Positions 38,760 through 51,172 of a stretch of DNA of 64,000 nucleotides are shown here, piece after piece. The stretch comes from Eledone cirrhosa (lineage: Eukaryota), in contig OZ024741.1 of assembly GCA_964016885.1 (NCBI GenBank), forward strand, positions 204,042,001 to 204,106,000. Reading direction: 5' to 3'. The position numbers and the translations under genes are program-made. The notes under the pieces are model-generated. The model had not been told where the DNA came from and did not search any database. It was given only the letters and a program-made list of their open reading frames with translations. Each line of letters begins with the position of its first letter. Within the stretch, counting starts at the first letter, position 1.

Positions 38760-39730
38760 TATCATCATCATCATCATCAACATCATCATTATCATCATCA
38801 TCGTTTAATGTCCATTTTCAATGCTTGCATGGATCAGACAGGCTGTCATGTTATGAGACAATTCAAGTCAGATGACCACGTCTTGCTCATACAGAACTGT
38901 ATTTTGGCTTGGTTTCTCTGACTAGATACCTTTCCTAATGCCAACCATGTTATAGTATGGACTGGGTGTTTTTTATTGAAGGACCAAAAAGACCATCTTA
39001 CTGGGTGAAATGGGCGCTTTTTCATTGTATTATCAGCATGACAACCTTACAAGGTGAACTGGGTGCTTTTTTTTCTCATGTCACCAGTCCAACCTTCTTA
39101 CAGAGTAGACAGGGTGCTTTTTTCTGATGTCATCAGCACAACCACCCCGCATTTTTTGTTGTTGTGTCACCAGCATGACCACTATACAGGGTTGACTGGG
39201 AGCCTGTTGTTGTGTCACCAGCATGACCACTATACAGGGTTGACTGGGAGCCTGTTGTTGTGTCACCAGCATGACCACTATACAGGGTTGACTGGGAGCC
39301 TGTTGTTGTGTCACCAACATTACCAGCTTACAGGATGAATTAGGTGCTACCTCTGGTCATGTTACTAGTACAACCACCTAGTTCGATGTGGCACCAGATC
39401 ATCATACAGGGCGGACTTAGTGATTTTTTATCAAGGCAGCAGCATTGTGGGAAAGTATATGTGGACCATGTCCAGCTTTCTATGCTTGTATGTATGGTTT
39501 GGACAGGACAGTGAGGAAGGTGGGGATGGGAATAAGTATGCAAATTGGAAAAGATGAGTGGGATATTTAGCTGGTGAGGGGGCAGGATTAAGACTACGGA
39601 GGGTGAATGGGCGAGGTGTAGTGTCCTCTATATATTTGTTTCATCCTGTTCACATGTGAAGGTGGGTCTTCTGCAGTGCAGCATAATGCCAAAGTTCTCG
39701 ATCCTGTGTCATCTCCTTTGAGAGGTTTAA
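38760..39730 (-). mobile_element. Old RTE 3' remnant with internal 48-bp tandem (39157-39320)
   Basis: (CAT)n tail and 3' UTR homologous to 20739-21140. About 3.4 copies of TTGTTGTGTCACCAGCATGACCACTATACAGGGTTGACTGGGAGCCTG. Confidence 0.75.
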
Positions 39731-39870
39731 TTATATATATATATCAAATGTAGAAAAGTAACACACGAGTTGATATATATAAAAACAAATAGTAGAAAGG
39801 AAGAAGATTTTTTTCAGTAGAAAATGTTGAAGAGATTCTTTCTGTGAAATATCAAAACATTAATTTATTT

Positions 39871-39908
39871 ACAATACTGGTTTCAGCATTATATGCATTG
39901 TCAATTGT
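39871..39908 (-). ncRNA. Heavily degenerate hammerhead motif
   Basis: Minus strand: ACAA-TTGACAA-T-GCA(TATAA)TGC-T-GAAA-CCAGTA-TTGT, followed by AATAAA. The core is mutated. Confidence 0.35.
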
Positions 39909-39957
39909 GGATATGCAGAATATTAAGTTGCATAATTGTACAAATAGGGATAATAAT

Positions 39958-40146
39958 TGTTTCTACTTTTGGCACAAGGCCAGCAATTATCCCAGTGTAT
40001 TACTGGTACTTTATTTTATCGACCCCGTAAGGATGAAAGGCAAAGTTAACCTCGGCAGGATTTGAACTCAGACCATAAAGGGCTATAACTCTTTGCTGCA
40101 AAGCACGGCATCCAACCCTCTACTGATACTGCCAATCCGCCACCCT
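39958..40146 (-). mobile_element. Full-length tRNA SINE with 15-bp TSD
   Basis: TSD AATAGGGATAATAAT at 39943-39957 and 40147-40161. Confidence 0.92.
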
Positions 40147-40610
40147 AATAGGGATAATAATAAGAAGAAGAAAAAAGGGAAGAAAAATTAATTTTCACAT
40201 ACATGTTCATTCAGAGAAGAGAGCTCATTTCTCTGTCCATCCTTCTTTGTTAATAGTTTGGTTATGACTGGTAGTAGTTGGGTCCATAACTCCTATGGGT
40301 GACCCTGAGCCAATCCTCTGCGAAATACACGTAACACAATAAAGATCTTTTATATGTAAATGAAATTTCATCGTTTTTTTTCTATTACATATATATATAA
40401 ATATATATATATATATATGAGGGTGTTAAAGTTTGCTTGAAGCATTGTGAAATGTGTAAAATACGTAGTTTAGAAAGCCACAACAATGCAGAGGGAAATC
40501 TCGAGGTAGGAAGTGAATGATAGATAGGAGAAATAGGAGAAAGTGAAAATTGAGAGAGACAAAGATGAAAACAAAACAAAGGTAGAAGGGTTACCGTAGT
40601 GGAGATTTAA

Positions 40611-40646
40611 TCCCAATATTTCGGGCTCACGCCCATCAACGGGGGA
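40611..40646 (-). ncRNA. Variant minimal hammerhead motif
   Basis: Minus strand: TCCC-CCGTTGA-T-GGGC(GTGA)GCCC-GAAA-TATT-GGGA. Stems intact; core is CCGUUGA instead of CUGAUGA. Confidence 0.5.
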
Positions 40647-41169
40647 AAGTTCCAAAAGGGGGGGAACAGGCCAAGCGGAGAAAGTAGTGATGTCGTTAAA
40701 ACAGGATATATATATATATATATAAGAAAGAGAGAGAAGGAAAGAGAGGAGGGCATACATACAGATAGATGATGTCAGCCACCTCATACTCAGGTATAGC
40801 CACTGCTTGAACTTTCAAACATGCTTCTGCATATGTATAGCATGGATGTGAAGTTTTAGGCCAGTAAGAGTCCTACATTCTCTGGCACAGATGTTACAGA
40901 CATGGCCTTTAGCAACAGGTTGCTAGTTGCCGTCTACTTTCATGTGCCACTTCAGGCCTCCTGCTGATTGGGAGACTTTACCACATTGATTGTTACACCA
41001 TACACACCAACCTAATCTGCATCAGCCCTTTTTACATGGCTTCTTTTGTGACTCTTTAATCCAGCTTTGCTGAGGAAGGCTCTCCCACACTAATTGCATT
41101 TCAGCACTCTTTGGTCTCCCAAGCTTCCTGGCAATTCCACTTTCAAGCCCTTCTTCACATTCAGGCTTC

Positions 41170-41480
41170 CTTAAGAAGACGAGTGTCTCAGTTTTTGCAG
41201 CACTGATTTTCATTCCAGCCATGCAGTACTCAGCATCAAACCTATCGAGTGCAAGTCGGAGATCGCCTTCTGTTGAGTTAAGTAACACTAGGTCATCTGC
41301 AAATTCCAGCCAACTGATTTTACACCCACCAAGACTTCTTATTACAAAGTCAGTGGATGGTCTGCCAGAACACTTTATTTGCTGATCTGAAGTCGGATTT
41401 CAGCTTAACCCCGAAGACATAACTTTGGACGCCTTTACTGTCTCTGCTGCAATTCTTTGTACCTGCTTGTACCACAAGTG
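41170..41480 (-). mobile_element. RTE/Rex3-like RT remnant
   Basis: Minus strand: ISWLEFADDLVLLNSTEGDLRLALDRFDAEYCMAGMKISAAKTETLVF. Confidence 0.8.
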
Positions 41481-42781
41481 CAAGAAGGAGGACTTATTTC
41501 CAAGCCACTATTTTGTAAGCTTCCTTATGTGCCACTTATGTACCACTGAAAAACTAAATATCCTAGCCTCATCAACTCATCATCTTGAACTCTCAGAAGG
41601 AAACAGTGTCCTCCTGCTTACACACAAAAAAGTTATGTTTGTGTCACTTCAAACACATCTACTCACTGGACAGTACATTGGCCTACTCACTGGATAACAT
41701 TGTGTTCAATATTCCTCATACCCTTCACATTCATCACCAGCATCCCACTGACCAGTTAAAATTCTATGGCTATGCCTACTACCATCCTTTATCACCTTCT
41801 TCCACATCTCACTTATATATGGTCCCACACTCTACCAAGTGCATTTTATTACAGCACCAGCTCTAATATATATATTTTCTTTTTTCTTAGTATGGTCAAA
41901 AGAATGAGTACTCATTACCATAGTAGAGATTAATATATTCTTTAATTAGACTATGTCTGAATCTTGTTAACTTGGAGTCATCAAGTACAGCTTGATAATA
42001 ATGCCATCTTAGTAGTTACCAAAATAAGGTTGAAGACAACATCGAACTGACTTAGGAACATCAGTTCCTAGTTTGTAGTCAATTAAATAAATACCTTTAC
42101 TTGACTGATATTGGGACATTTTTAATGACTCAAGAAGAATGGAAGGCAAAAATCGACTTGGGAGAGATTTGTCTGCAGAATGTGTAAAGTGTTGGAACAA
42201 AATTCATAATTTATTTTGTCCAACAATTTAACAATTCTCCCCCGCCCACACTATATGAACACAAGTATGGTTATGTGGTTAAGATGTTAACTTCGCAAGC
42301 GTGAGGTTTTAGGTTCAATCAAATTATATGACTTTTTACCTTGGCCTGACTCAAGTGTTGTGAATGAAACTTGGTAGATGAAAACTGTGGAAACACTTTT
42401 GATGATCTGTACCTGTAATTCAAAGGACCACATATGTTGCCCATTGTATTACACTGAATCTCTCTAAAAATTACATTAAATATACAAGTTGTCGATGAAA
42501 TACTCGACCACTTACTCTATAATTCAATAAGTAGACAGTTTTGTTGCCTGAATAACAGAAATACTTATTGTCAACAAAGGTCCATTTACTTTGTATTGGA
42601 ATATTCCCACAAACCACAGAAATTGATAAAGACGGTACTTGGTATTCACATGATGGTTACATTAGCTCCCTACATATTCTTCCTTAGTTGGACAGAAACA
42701 AGGCCAGCATAAAAGTGTTATAGGACAGCAGATATATTGGTAAAAATAGAAAGTTAGTAGGTATGATTTTTCAGTGTTTAA

Positions 42782-43206
42782 CCCTTTAGCATTTAAACCA
42801 GCAGTCTCCAGCCAGAATTCTCTCACCTCTTTCTGTTCAAACCAGCTGTAACTGGCCACTTATACTGATGTTAAGGTATTGTTCTCAAAATAAATAATTG
42901 TTTCTACTTTTGGCACAAGGCCAGCAATTACCCAGTGCATTACTGGTACTTTATTTTATCGACCCCGTAAGGATGAAAGGCAAAGTTAACCTCGGCGGGA
43001 GTTGAACTCAGAATGGCAAGGGCCGTAACTCTATGCGTCAAAGCATGGCGTCCGACTCTCTACCGATACTGCCAATCCACTGCCTTTTCTCAAAATAAAT
43101 AATGCCAAAATCTCATAGATTCGATATTATGTGAGATATTATGTGAAATAAAGCCTTTACCACGAAAATATAATAGTATATATAGAGTAATATAAGTGCT
43201 AAAGGG
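42782..43206. mobile_element. piggyBac-type MITE with nested SINE (42899-43086, minus strand)
   Basis: TTAA-CCCTTTAGCATTTA...TAAGTGCTAAAGGG-TTAA. SINE TSD TTCTCAAAATAAATAAT at 42882-42898 / 43087-43103. Confidence 0.92.
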
Positions 43207-43695
43207 TTAAATAGTTATCTCATTGTTCTGAGCCTTCAAAATGACTGAATAACCGTTACAGATGCAATAGTCTGTAGAGGTTCTATGGTCAAGACTGAGA
43301 AGTTAAGGATTGTACAAGCTCATGGGCCATAAGGTCACATCTGATGAGGAGTATTTCTTTGGGTCTAAGGTCAGCACTTGGGTATTTATCACCCTAGGCT
43401 AACTCCACAATGTACACCTCCTTCCAGTTATTTTCCCCTTTCCACCAAATGAAATATTTTCAACTTACAGTTTAGTTAGGTAAAAAACACTTCTTGTTCT
43501 GGCTACACTAACAACACAGTCCACACTCACCCATACTAAATCATGTTACGGATCACAACACCAAATGACCCTCTCCACTGCTTTCAATATTTCCACTACA
43601 GAGCAAAGATGTTTAGTAATTAATGTATTAATAGTCAAAAATTATTATATATTAAAATTAATTATAGAAATTTGTATAAAACTGTGATCGTTTAA

Positions 43696-44366
43696 TCCTT
43701 TAGCATTCACATTACTCTATATTTATTATTATATTTTCATGGTAAAGGCTTTACCTCACATTATCTCACCGAAGTTAACTTTGCCTTTCATCCTTACGGG
43801 GTCGATAAAATAAAGTACCAGTAATGCACTGGGTAATTGCTGGCCTTGTGCCAAAAAGTAGAAACAATTATATTGAATACATGTGGATTGGCAGTATCAG
43901 TAGAGTTACACCCCGAGTTCAAATCCTGCCGAGGTTAACTTTGCCTTTCATCCTTACGGGGTCGATAAAATAAAGCACCAGTATTGTACTGGGGTCGATT
44001 TAATCAATTTTCCCCTCCCCAAAATTGCTGGCCTTGTGCCTATATAAGAAACCATTATATTGAATCCATGTGGATTGGCAGTATCAGTAGAGTTACACCC
44101 CTTTGCAGTCTGAGTTCAAATCCTGCCAAGGTTAACTTTGCCTTTCATCCTTATGGGGTTGATAAAATAAAGCACCAGTAATGCACTGGGATAATTGCTG
44201 GCCTTGTGCCAAAAATAGAAAGAATTATATTGAATCTATGAGATTTTAGAATTACTTATTTTGAGAACAATACCTTAACACCAGTTTAAGCAGCCAGTTA
44301 CAGCTTGTTTGAAAAGCAGGAGTGAGAGAATTCTGGCCAAATACGGCCGGTTTAAATGCTAAAGGG
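43696..44366. mobile_element. piggyBac-type MITE holding three tandem SINE copies
   Basis: TTAA flanks and TIRs; each SINE unit is followed by ATTATATTGAAT. Confidence 0.85.
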
Positions 44367-46043
44367 TTAAGGTTCCGTAATGTGCCTTTCCATGGCTGTC
44401 TAGTTTGTTTTAATGGTAGTGCTGACCATTCATCATTTCATCAGACATTACTGGAAATAAGATTAATGTTGATAAATATTATTCACCAATCATGTTTTAC
44501 TCAAAATGTAGCTGGTTTTGATATTTAACTTATTGAACAATGATCAATAATGGATCAATAAATAAACATCTTAGTGACTCAGAACCACCATAAAAGACAA
44601 AAAAACAAAACAAAACGAAAAAGAAAATTTGCCAAAATTGTTCAATTTCCAATAAGGGTAGAGATGTGGAGATCATGTGAGCACCACGTCACGTTTTCAA
44701 AGTTGGGTAAAAATGGAACCACATGAAGCTTTCTGGTTCTTCCCTCTTTCATGTCAGTCTTTCATTTCTGCTTTGTTGCTATATTTCTTCCTTTATGTAG
44801 TTATTGGCTCTGTTATTGTTTTGGCTGCTATTTATTTCATTCTATAACACTGTTCATTTATCTATTTATTTCTTTTTTCTTTTTTATTTATTTATTTATT
44901 TATTTATGTTTGCTATTTCATATTCCATCTTTCGTTGTTTCTCCTTCCCATAAACAGAAAATTATAGAATCTGACATTGAAGCAATCGAAGTGTCTCATA
45001 GAGCCGTCACTTTTACAATGCAAGCAGCATAGATTACTGAAACCTGCTTATAATCTCAGAGGGTGCAAGTAAGAAAAGGAGAGAGGGAGAGAGAAAGATG
45101 GAGGGAAAGAGAGAGAGAGAGAGAGGGAAAGAGAAGGAAAGGGAAGAAGAAAGGAGGAAAAGAGGGAGGGAGAGAAAATAGTATGTTAAAAAGGAATGGT
45201 TTGTTAAAGAAAGATAGAGTAAAGTAACTAGAAGGAGAACAACAACAAAACAAGAGTACGGTGGTGGTGGTGGTGGTGATGATGGCTGATTTACAGCAGA
45301 CAAAACTGCATGATATACAATGTATGAGTCTAGATCAATTTAGTCACAGATAACCTCAGAATCATTTTGGTTAAAAGTAAAATGACATAAGACTTCTTTA
45401 AGAGGAGCAGAAATTAAAAAAAATATTAGTGGAGGTGAGTTAGATCAACTAAGGTCAAATTAGTAAATATAAATATGGAAATGTGTTAGTGTAACAAAAT
45501 GTTACACTAATGGAGTGTACCTCTATCAGTTTTGACCAAAAATAGAGGCATGTTACTGTACCAAAATGTTTTTATTGTTGTTGGTGGCTCACCTTACCAA
45601 GGTGTCAGGGAATGCCCATAAAAGGGCTTGAGTATTCTAGTGACTTAGCTTTGCTATTACTTATGGAAATCCTGCCTCAAAAGTTTCTTCTAATAGAATG
45701 AACATCCATAAGTCTTGACCAAAAATGGAAATGTCTTAAGGTACTGAACTGTTAGATATTTATTCTTCTAATGAACCTTCATCAGTTTCAACAATGAATG
45801 ATCCAGTTGTTTGATTAACAGTACAGTTGCTTGTGAAATTAAAGTGAAAATGACTGAACATTCCATTGACTTGTGTACTCTTAATATAGAAAAAACATAT
45901 TTCACAATCGCCATATTAATCGAATCTCTGCAGATGTCACAGTCTCAGTGTACAGTCAGTCATGGCATATGAGACTACACTTTTCACTATATACCATTTT
46001 TATTATTGGTGCTCCAACTGTGACCATCTACCCTTTTTTTTAA

Positions 46044-46264
46044 CCTTTCAGCATTTACATTACTCTATATTTACTATTATATTTTCACAGTAAAGGCTTT
46101 ATCTTACATAATTATCTCACATATTATCAAATCTACAAGATTTTGATATTAATTATGCTGAGAACAATACCTTAACATCAGTATGAGCAGTCAGTTATGG
46201 CTGGTTTGAACAGAAAGAGGTGAGAGAATTCTGGCCAAATACAGCCGGTTTAAATGCTAAAGAC
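46044..46264. mobile_element. piggyBac-type MITE, uninterrupted
   Basis: TTAA flanks, degenerate TIRs, same internal sequence as the other copies. Confidence 0.85.
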
Positions 46265-47577
46265 TTAATGATGCTGCACTCTTCACTATCCACCATCATT
46301 TTCATCTGGACTTTTCTAAAGTGTTCCAGCGGTGATATGTTGCATCCAGTAGGTTTACCATGATTCTCATTCTACAAAATGGTCATCAATTCAGTGCATT
46401 AGGACCCATCTAGTAAATTTCTAATACTGTACCATTTCTATCAAAATCTATTCTAGACATAAATTCTCTTCCCCTCATTATACTAACTTTGAGAATGTAT
46501 ACCTCATATTGACAGTGGAGGATAAAGTATTGGGGTGACTGGGTTGTAGCCAGAGACCCTACAAAATTTAGAGTGCCCCAAATTAATTTCCTTGGTACCA
46601 TAAATAAAACAGCCAACAGCCCCATGCATGCTTAATATATCTCTACTTACTGAACAGTTTACACTACCTTTCTCTTTCACATCCTGAGGAAGGAGCCCCC
46701 CATGAGATGGAATGGTTGATGCAGTGAGTGCCACAGTAATGCTTTTGCCATCTTGTTCACAGAGCCTGGCTGAGATATACCACTCAGCCAAGTGTGTGGA
46801 GTTTGACCCTCTCTTCCCTCCTTTGCTAGATATAGTGATGATGCCACAATAAATGCACCTAATACACTCTGTAAAGTTGTTGGTGATAGGAAGGGCATCC
46901 AGCCATAGAAAACTTGCCAGAAAAAGAGGATCAGGAAGATTTTACAGCTGTACCAAAGACATGACAATCTCCCTAGTTCTGGTGCCATGATAAAAGAGAA
47001 GATCATAGGGTAGAATATACTAACCAAGTAAATTATCCCTCACACCACTACTTAATATCTCCTGTCCTTCATTTTATCTCAGTCTCACTTACCAGAGCAT
47101 TTCATTCACCCCACCTCATTTGTCAAAAGGCTCGGCTGCCAGTTGATATAGGAATTGAAGTCCTCCACTTTCCCCCAGCATCAAGAGTAGTTTGAGAAGG
47201 CAATTGCTAATGTCATACCCTCTTTTCCAACTCAGAAGAAGATCTTCTATGTGTCCTCTGTTGATTGTGATCACATCAACAACATTATTCTAAGAAACCA
47301 GATTAAATTTTGAACAGCTAAAATCTAAGCCAAAATAAGCAACAAGAACAGACATAGTGAGGAAACATTAGATGAGCCTGCTGAATGGATGTTGAGACAT
47401 GTTTTTATATGGCTAATACTTCCATAAACTGTAGGGCTGCATGTAAATAAATAGATTAACTTTGACCTGGATTAACAAATCATGTTTAGGATTGTTTGGA
47501 GAAAGCCAGTATAATGTAAAAATAAAAGAGTAAAAATAGGAGTAAAGTAAGACAAACAAAACAGTTAACACTTTTAC

Positions 47578-47747
47578 CATATATTTCATCATACTTCAAG
47601 GTTAGGATTTTGCATATACATATTGCATGGTCCTGTAACTCCTGAAGGAGTCGTAGAGGTGCCATATTGACATACAGCATTTCTAGGGTATTTTCTTAAA
47701 CCTGGCACAGCCCATCCCTTTCCAGGTCTGAATACAGCAGATTTCTT
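47578..47747 (-). other. Candidate exon on the minus strand
   Basis: Long pyrimidine tract + TAG acceptor and G|GTAAAA donor. One frame is open for 52 codons (KKSAVFRPGKGW...NPNLEV*). Confidence 0.2.
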
Positions 47748-48475
47748 CTAGAGAAGGATAGATAGTGAAAGAGAGGAAGTGAGAAAAAGATATAGAGGAA
47801 GAATTGAACCTACTGATATTTTTTTATTAACCTCAAAAGGATGAAAGGGAAAGTTGACCTCGGCAGGATTTGAACTCAGAGAGTAGATAGCTAAAACAAA
47901 TACTGCAAAGCATTCTATCGAACGTTCTAATGGCTCTGCCAATTCGCCGTCTATCTAGATTAGGATACTTTTATTCAAAAGAAAGTAAATGAAGTGTGGT
48001 GAGCTACAAAACCTGGAGTTCCAGAAGCAACAACATTTGTTATACAGAAGGAAGACTGTTTATTTACATGTCCTACAAAGTAGGTAACAAATGTCTCCTA
48101 TGTGGTGTATTTTCTGAAGTAATTCACTCCATTGTGCTGGGATGCTCTTCAGTAGCTTCCACTAAATATACTTAGAAACAATCATAAAGTGAAGCTGCTC
48201 TACAAATATCTGGCTTCTCAGTTTCAATTGCTAGAGTGTATGTCATTGTAACAACCAGGACTTCTTCCTTGGACACTAAACACTATATTTATAAAAAATT
48301 TAAAAAATCGATGTAAGCGAAGTGAAATGATGGACTTGAGAATCAAATTTTGATCACAGACACATCTCACCAGGTCACATGTCTGTTCTTTGGTATCAAT
48401 TACTTTAGTAATCATAGGAGACCCAATGATCTAATGAAGGACCCTTCTAATCCAATAAAGGAGTGTCTGAGCATG

Positions 48476-48670
48476 TGATCTACCTGGCTATTTACAGTTC
48501 AGTGTTGGGTCTGCCTGGTTTTTTACTGTTCAGTGTGCTGTCTTCCTGGTCATTTACAGTTCAGTGTGTAGTCTATCTGGTCATTTACAATTCAGTGTGT
48601 AGTCTATCTGGTCATTTACAATTCAGTGTAAGGCTTACCTGGTTATTTACAGTTCGGAGTGTGATCTATC
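48476..48670 (+). repeat. 31-bp degenerate tandem repeat
   Basis: About 6 units of GTAGTCTATCTGGTCATTTACAATTCAGTGT. Confidence 0.8.
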
Positions 48671-48695
48671 TCAACTACAAAACTAACTCCAACCC

Positions 48696-50154
48696 TAGAC
48701 AGGTGAGGTCATTATATAGCTGTAGTTACAGTAGAGAGGTCAAGGCATTACACAGCTGAAGTCTTGGTAGACAGGTGAGGTCATTATATAGCTGTAGTTA
48801 CAGTAGAGAGGTCAAGGCATTACACAGCTGAAGTCTTGGTAGACAGGTGAGGTCATTATATAGCTGTAGTTACAGTAGAGAGGTCAAGGCATTACACAGC
48901 TGAAGTCTTGGTAGACAGGTCAGGTCATTATATAGCTGTAGTTACAGTAGAGAGGTCAAGGCATTACACAGCTGAAGTCTTGGTAGACAGGTGAGGTCAT
49001 TATATAGCTGTAGTTACAGTAGAGAGGTCAAGGCATTACACAGCTGAAGTCTTGGTAGACAGGTGAGGTCATTATATAGCTGTAGTTACAGTAGAGAGGT
49101 CAAGGCATTACACAGCTGAAGTCTTGGTAGACAGGTGAGGTCATTATATAGCTGTAGTTACAGTAGAGAGGTCAAGGCATTACACAGCTGAAGTCTTGGT
49201 AGACAGGTCAGGTCATTACATAGCTGTAGTTACAGTAGAGAGGTCAAGGCATTACACAGCTGAAGTCTTGGTAGACAGGTCAGGTCATTATATAGCTGTA
49301 GTTACAGTAGAGAGGTCAAGGCATTACACAGCTGAAGTCTTGGTAGACAGGTCAGGTCATTATATAGCTGTAGTTACAGTAGAGAGGTCAAGGCATTACA
49401 CAGCTGAAGTCTTGGTAGACAGGTGAGGTCATTATATAGCTGTAGTTACAGTAGAGAGGTCAAGGCATTACACAGCTGAAGTCTTGGTAGACAGGTGAGG
49501 TCATTATATAGCTGTAGTTACAGTAGAGAGGTCAAGGCATTACACAGCTGAAGTCTTGGTAGACAGGTCAGGTCATTATATAGCTGTAGTTACAGTAGAG
49601 AGGTCAAGGCATTACACAGCTGAAGTCTTGGTAGACAGGTCAGGTCATTACATAGCTGTAGTTACAGTAGAGAGGTCAAGGCATTACACAGCTGAAGTCT
49701 TGGTAGACAGGTCAGGTCATTATATAGCTGTAGTTACAGTAGAGAGGTCAAGGCATTACACAGCTGAAGTCTTGGTAGACAGGTCAGGTCATTATACAGT
49801 TGAAGTTACAGTAGACAGGTCAGGTCATTACATAGCTGAAGTCTTGGTTGAAAGGTCAGATCATTATACAGTTGAAGTTACAGTAGACAGGTCAGGTCAT
49901 TACATAGCTGAAGTCTTGGTTGAAAGGTCAGATCATTATATAGCTGTAGTTACAGTAGAGAGGTCAAGGCATTACACAGCTGAAGTCTTGGTAGACAGGT
50001 CAGGTCATTATACAGTTGAAGTTACAGTAGACAGGTCAGGTCATTACATAGCTGAAGTCTTGGTTGAAAGGTCAGATCATTATACAGTTGAAGTTACAGT
50101 AGACAGGTCAGGTCATTACATAGCTGAAGTCTTGGTTGAAAGGTCAGATCATTA
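48696..50154 (+). repeat. 72-bp minisatellite (2 x 36-bp), ~20 copies
   Basis: AGACAGGTSAGGTCATTATATAGCTGTAGTTACAGT + AGAGAGGTCAAGGCATTACACAGCTGAAGTCTTGGT. Confidence 0.96.
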
Positions 50155-50941
50155 CTATGAATACTGCAGTAGATTGCACACTAAAATAGTAGCCAGTTAT
50201 TTTCCCCCACAAACCCCTTACTGATTTAAGCCATCAATTTTACATAAAGAAGGTAAGGCCACAACTAGAAACATTGATCAAATGCTGCATTAGACTAGTT
50301 GGTTGTATGCCATAAGTCTGTATATTAGAGCTCTGTCAGCTAACAATAAGTGTCATGATAATACTGCTTTATCTCTGTTAATATTCATTTATCTACAAAA
50401 TACTATATTTAAGTAGAATCGTTTATCGGAAGCAGACATGGCATGAGTAGGCATGTATATATATATATATAAACAAACACATAAATAGATAAAAATAAAT
50501 ATATCAATGAATAAATAAAATAAAGACATGAATAATTAATATGTTGGAAATAAATCTCATGTAAGAAAGCAGTACATCACTGGGCAGTACTTAAACTGAA
50601 TAGTTAACGATGAAATAGTAATTACTTAATCTCAACTACTGGACATCTCTAGTCTAATCTTATTTGACACTAATATTTAACTAACACAAATATTTCCTGA
50701 TGTTGATTCTCTCTCAACATTATATTCATAAATTATAATTATTAATATAGCCTTCATACTAACTTTATACTGACAGCTGACAGTAAAAATTACATCAATA
50801 CAGATTATTAGAAGGACTGTGTGAAGGCATGTAGCTTAGTGGTTATGGTGTTCGACTTCTGGTGGCATGTTGTGTCCTTCAGCTGTGCCTATAATTCAAA
50901 GAGCCAGCCTTGTCATGCACTAAATCTAAAGTCTATCTTAA

Positions 50942-51172
50942 CCCTTTAACATTTAAACTGGCCAAATCCTGCCAGAAATCTCTCATCTCTTTCTCTTCAA
51001 ACTGGCTGTAACTGGCCATTCATACTGATGTTAAGGTGTTGTTCTCAAAATGAATATTAAAATCTCATAGATTTCATATTATGTGAGATAATTATGTTAC
51101 ATAATTATGAGAAGTAAAGCCTTTACCATGAAAATATAATAGCATATATAAAGTAATGTAAATGCTAAAGGG
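50942..51172. mobile_element. piggyBac-type MITE, 231 bp, intact
   Basis: TTAA-CCCTTTAACATTTA...TAAATGCTAAAGGG-TTAA. A partial copy lies at 51620-51810. Confidence 0.92.

Noticed and set aside
49196-50224. Repetitive VDRSGHY ORFs
   Set aside because: By-product of the 72-bp satellite; many units carry TGA in frame.
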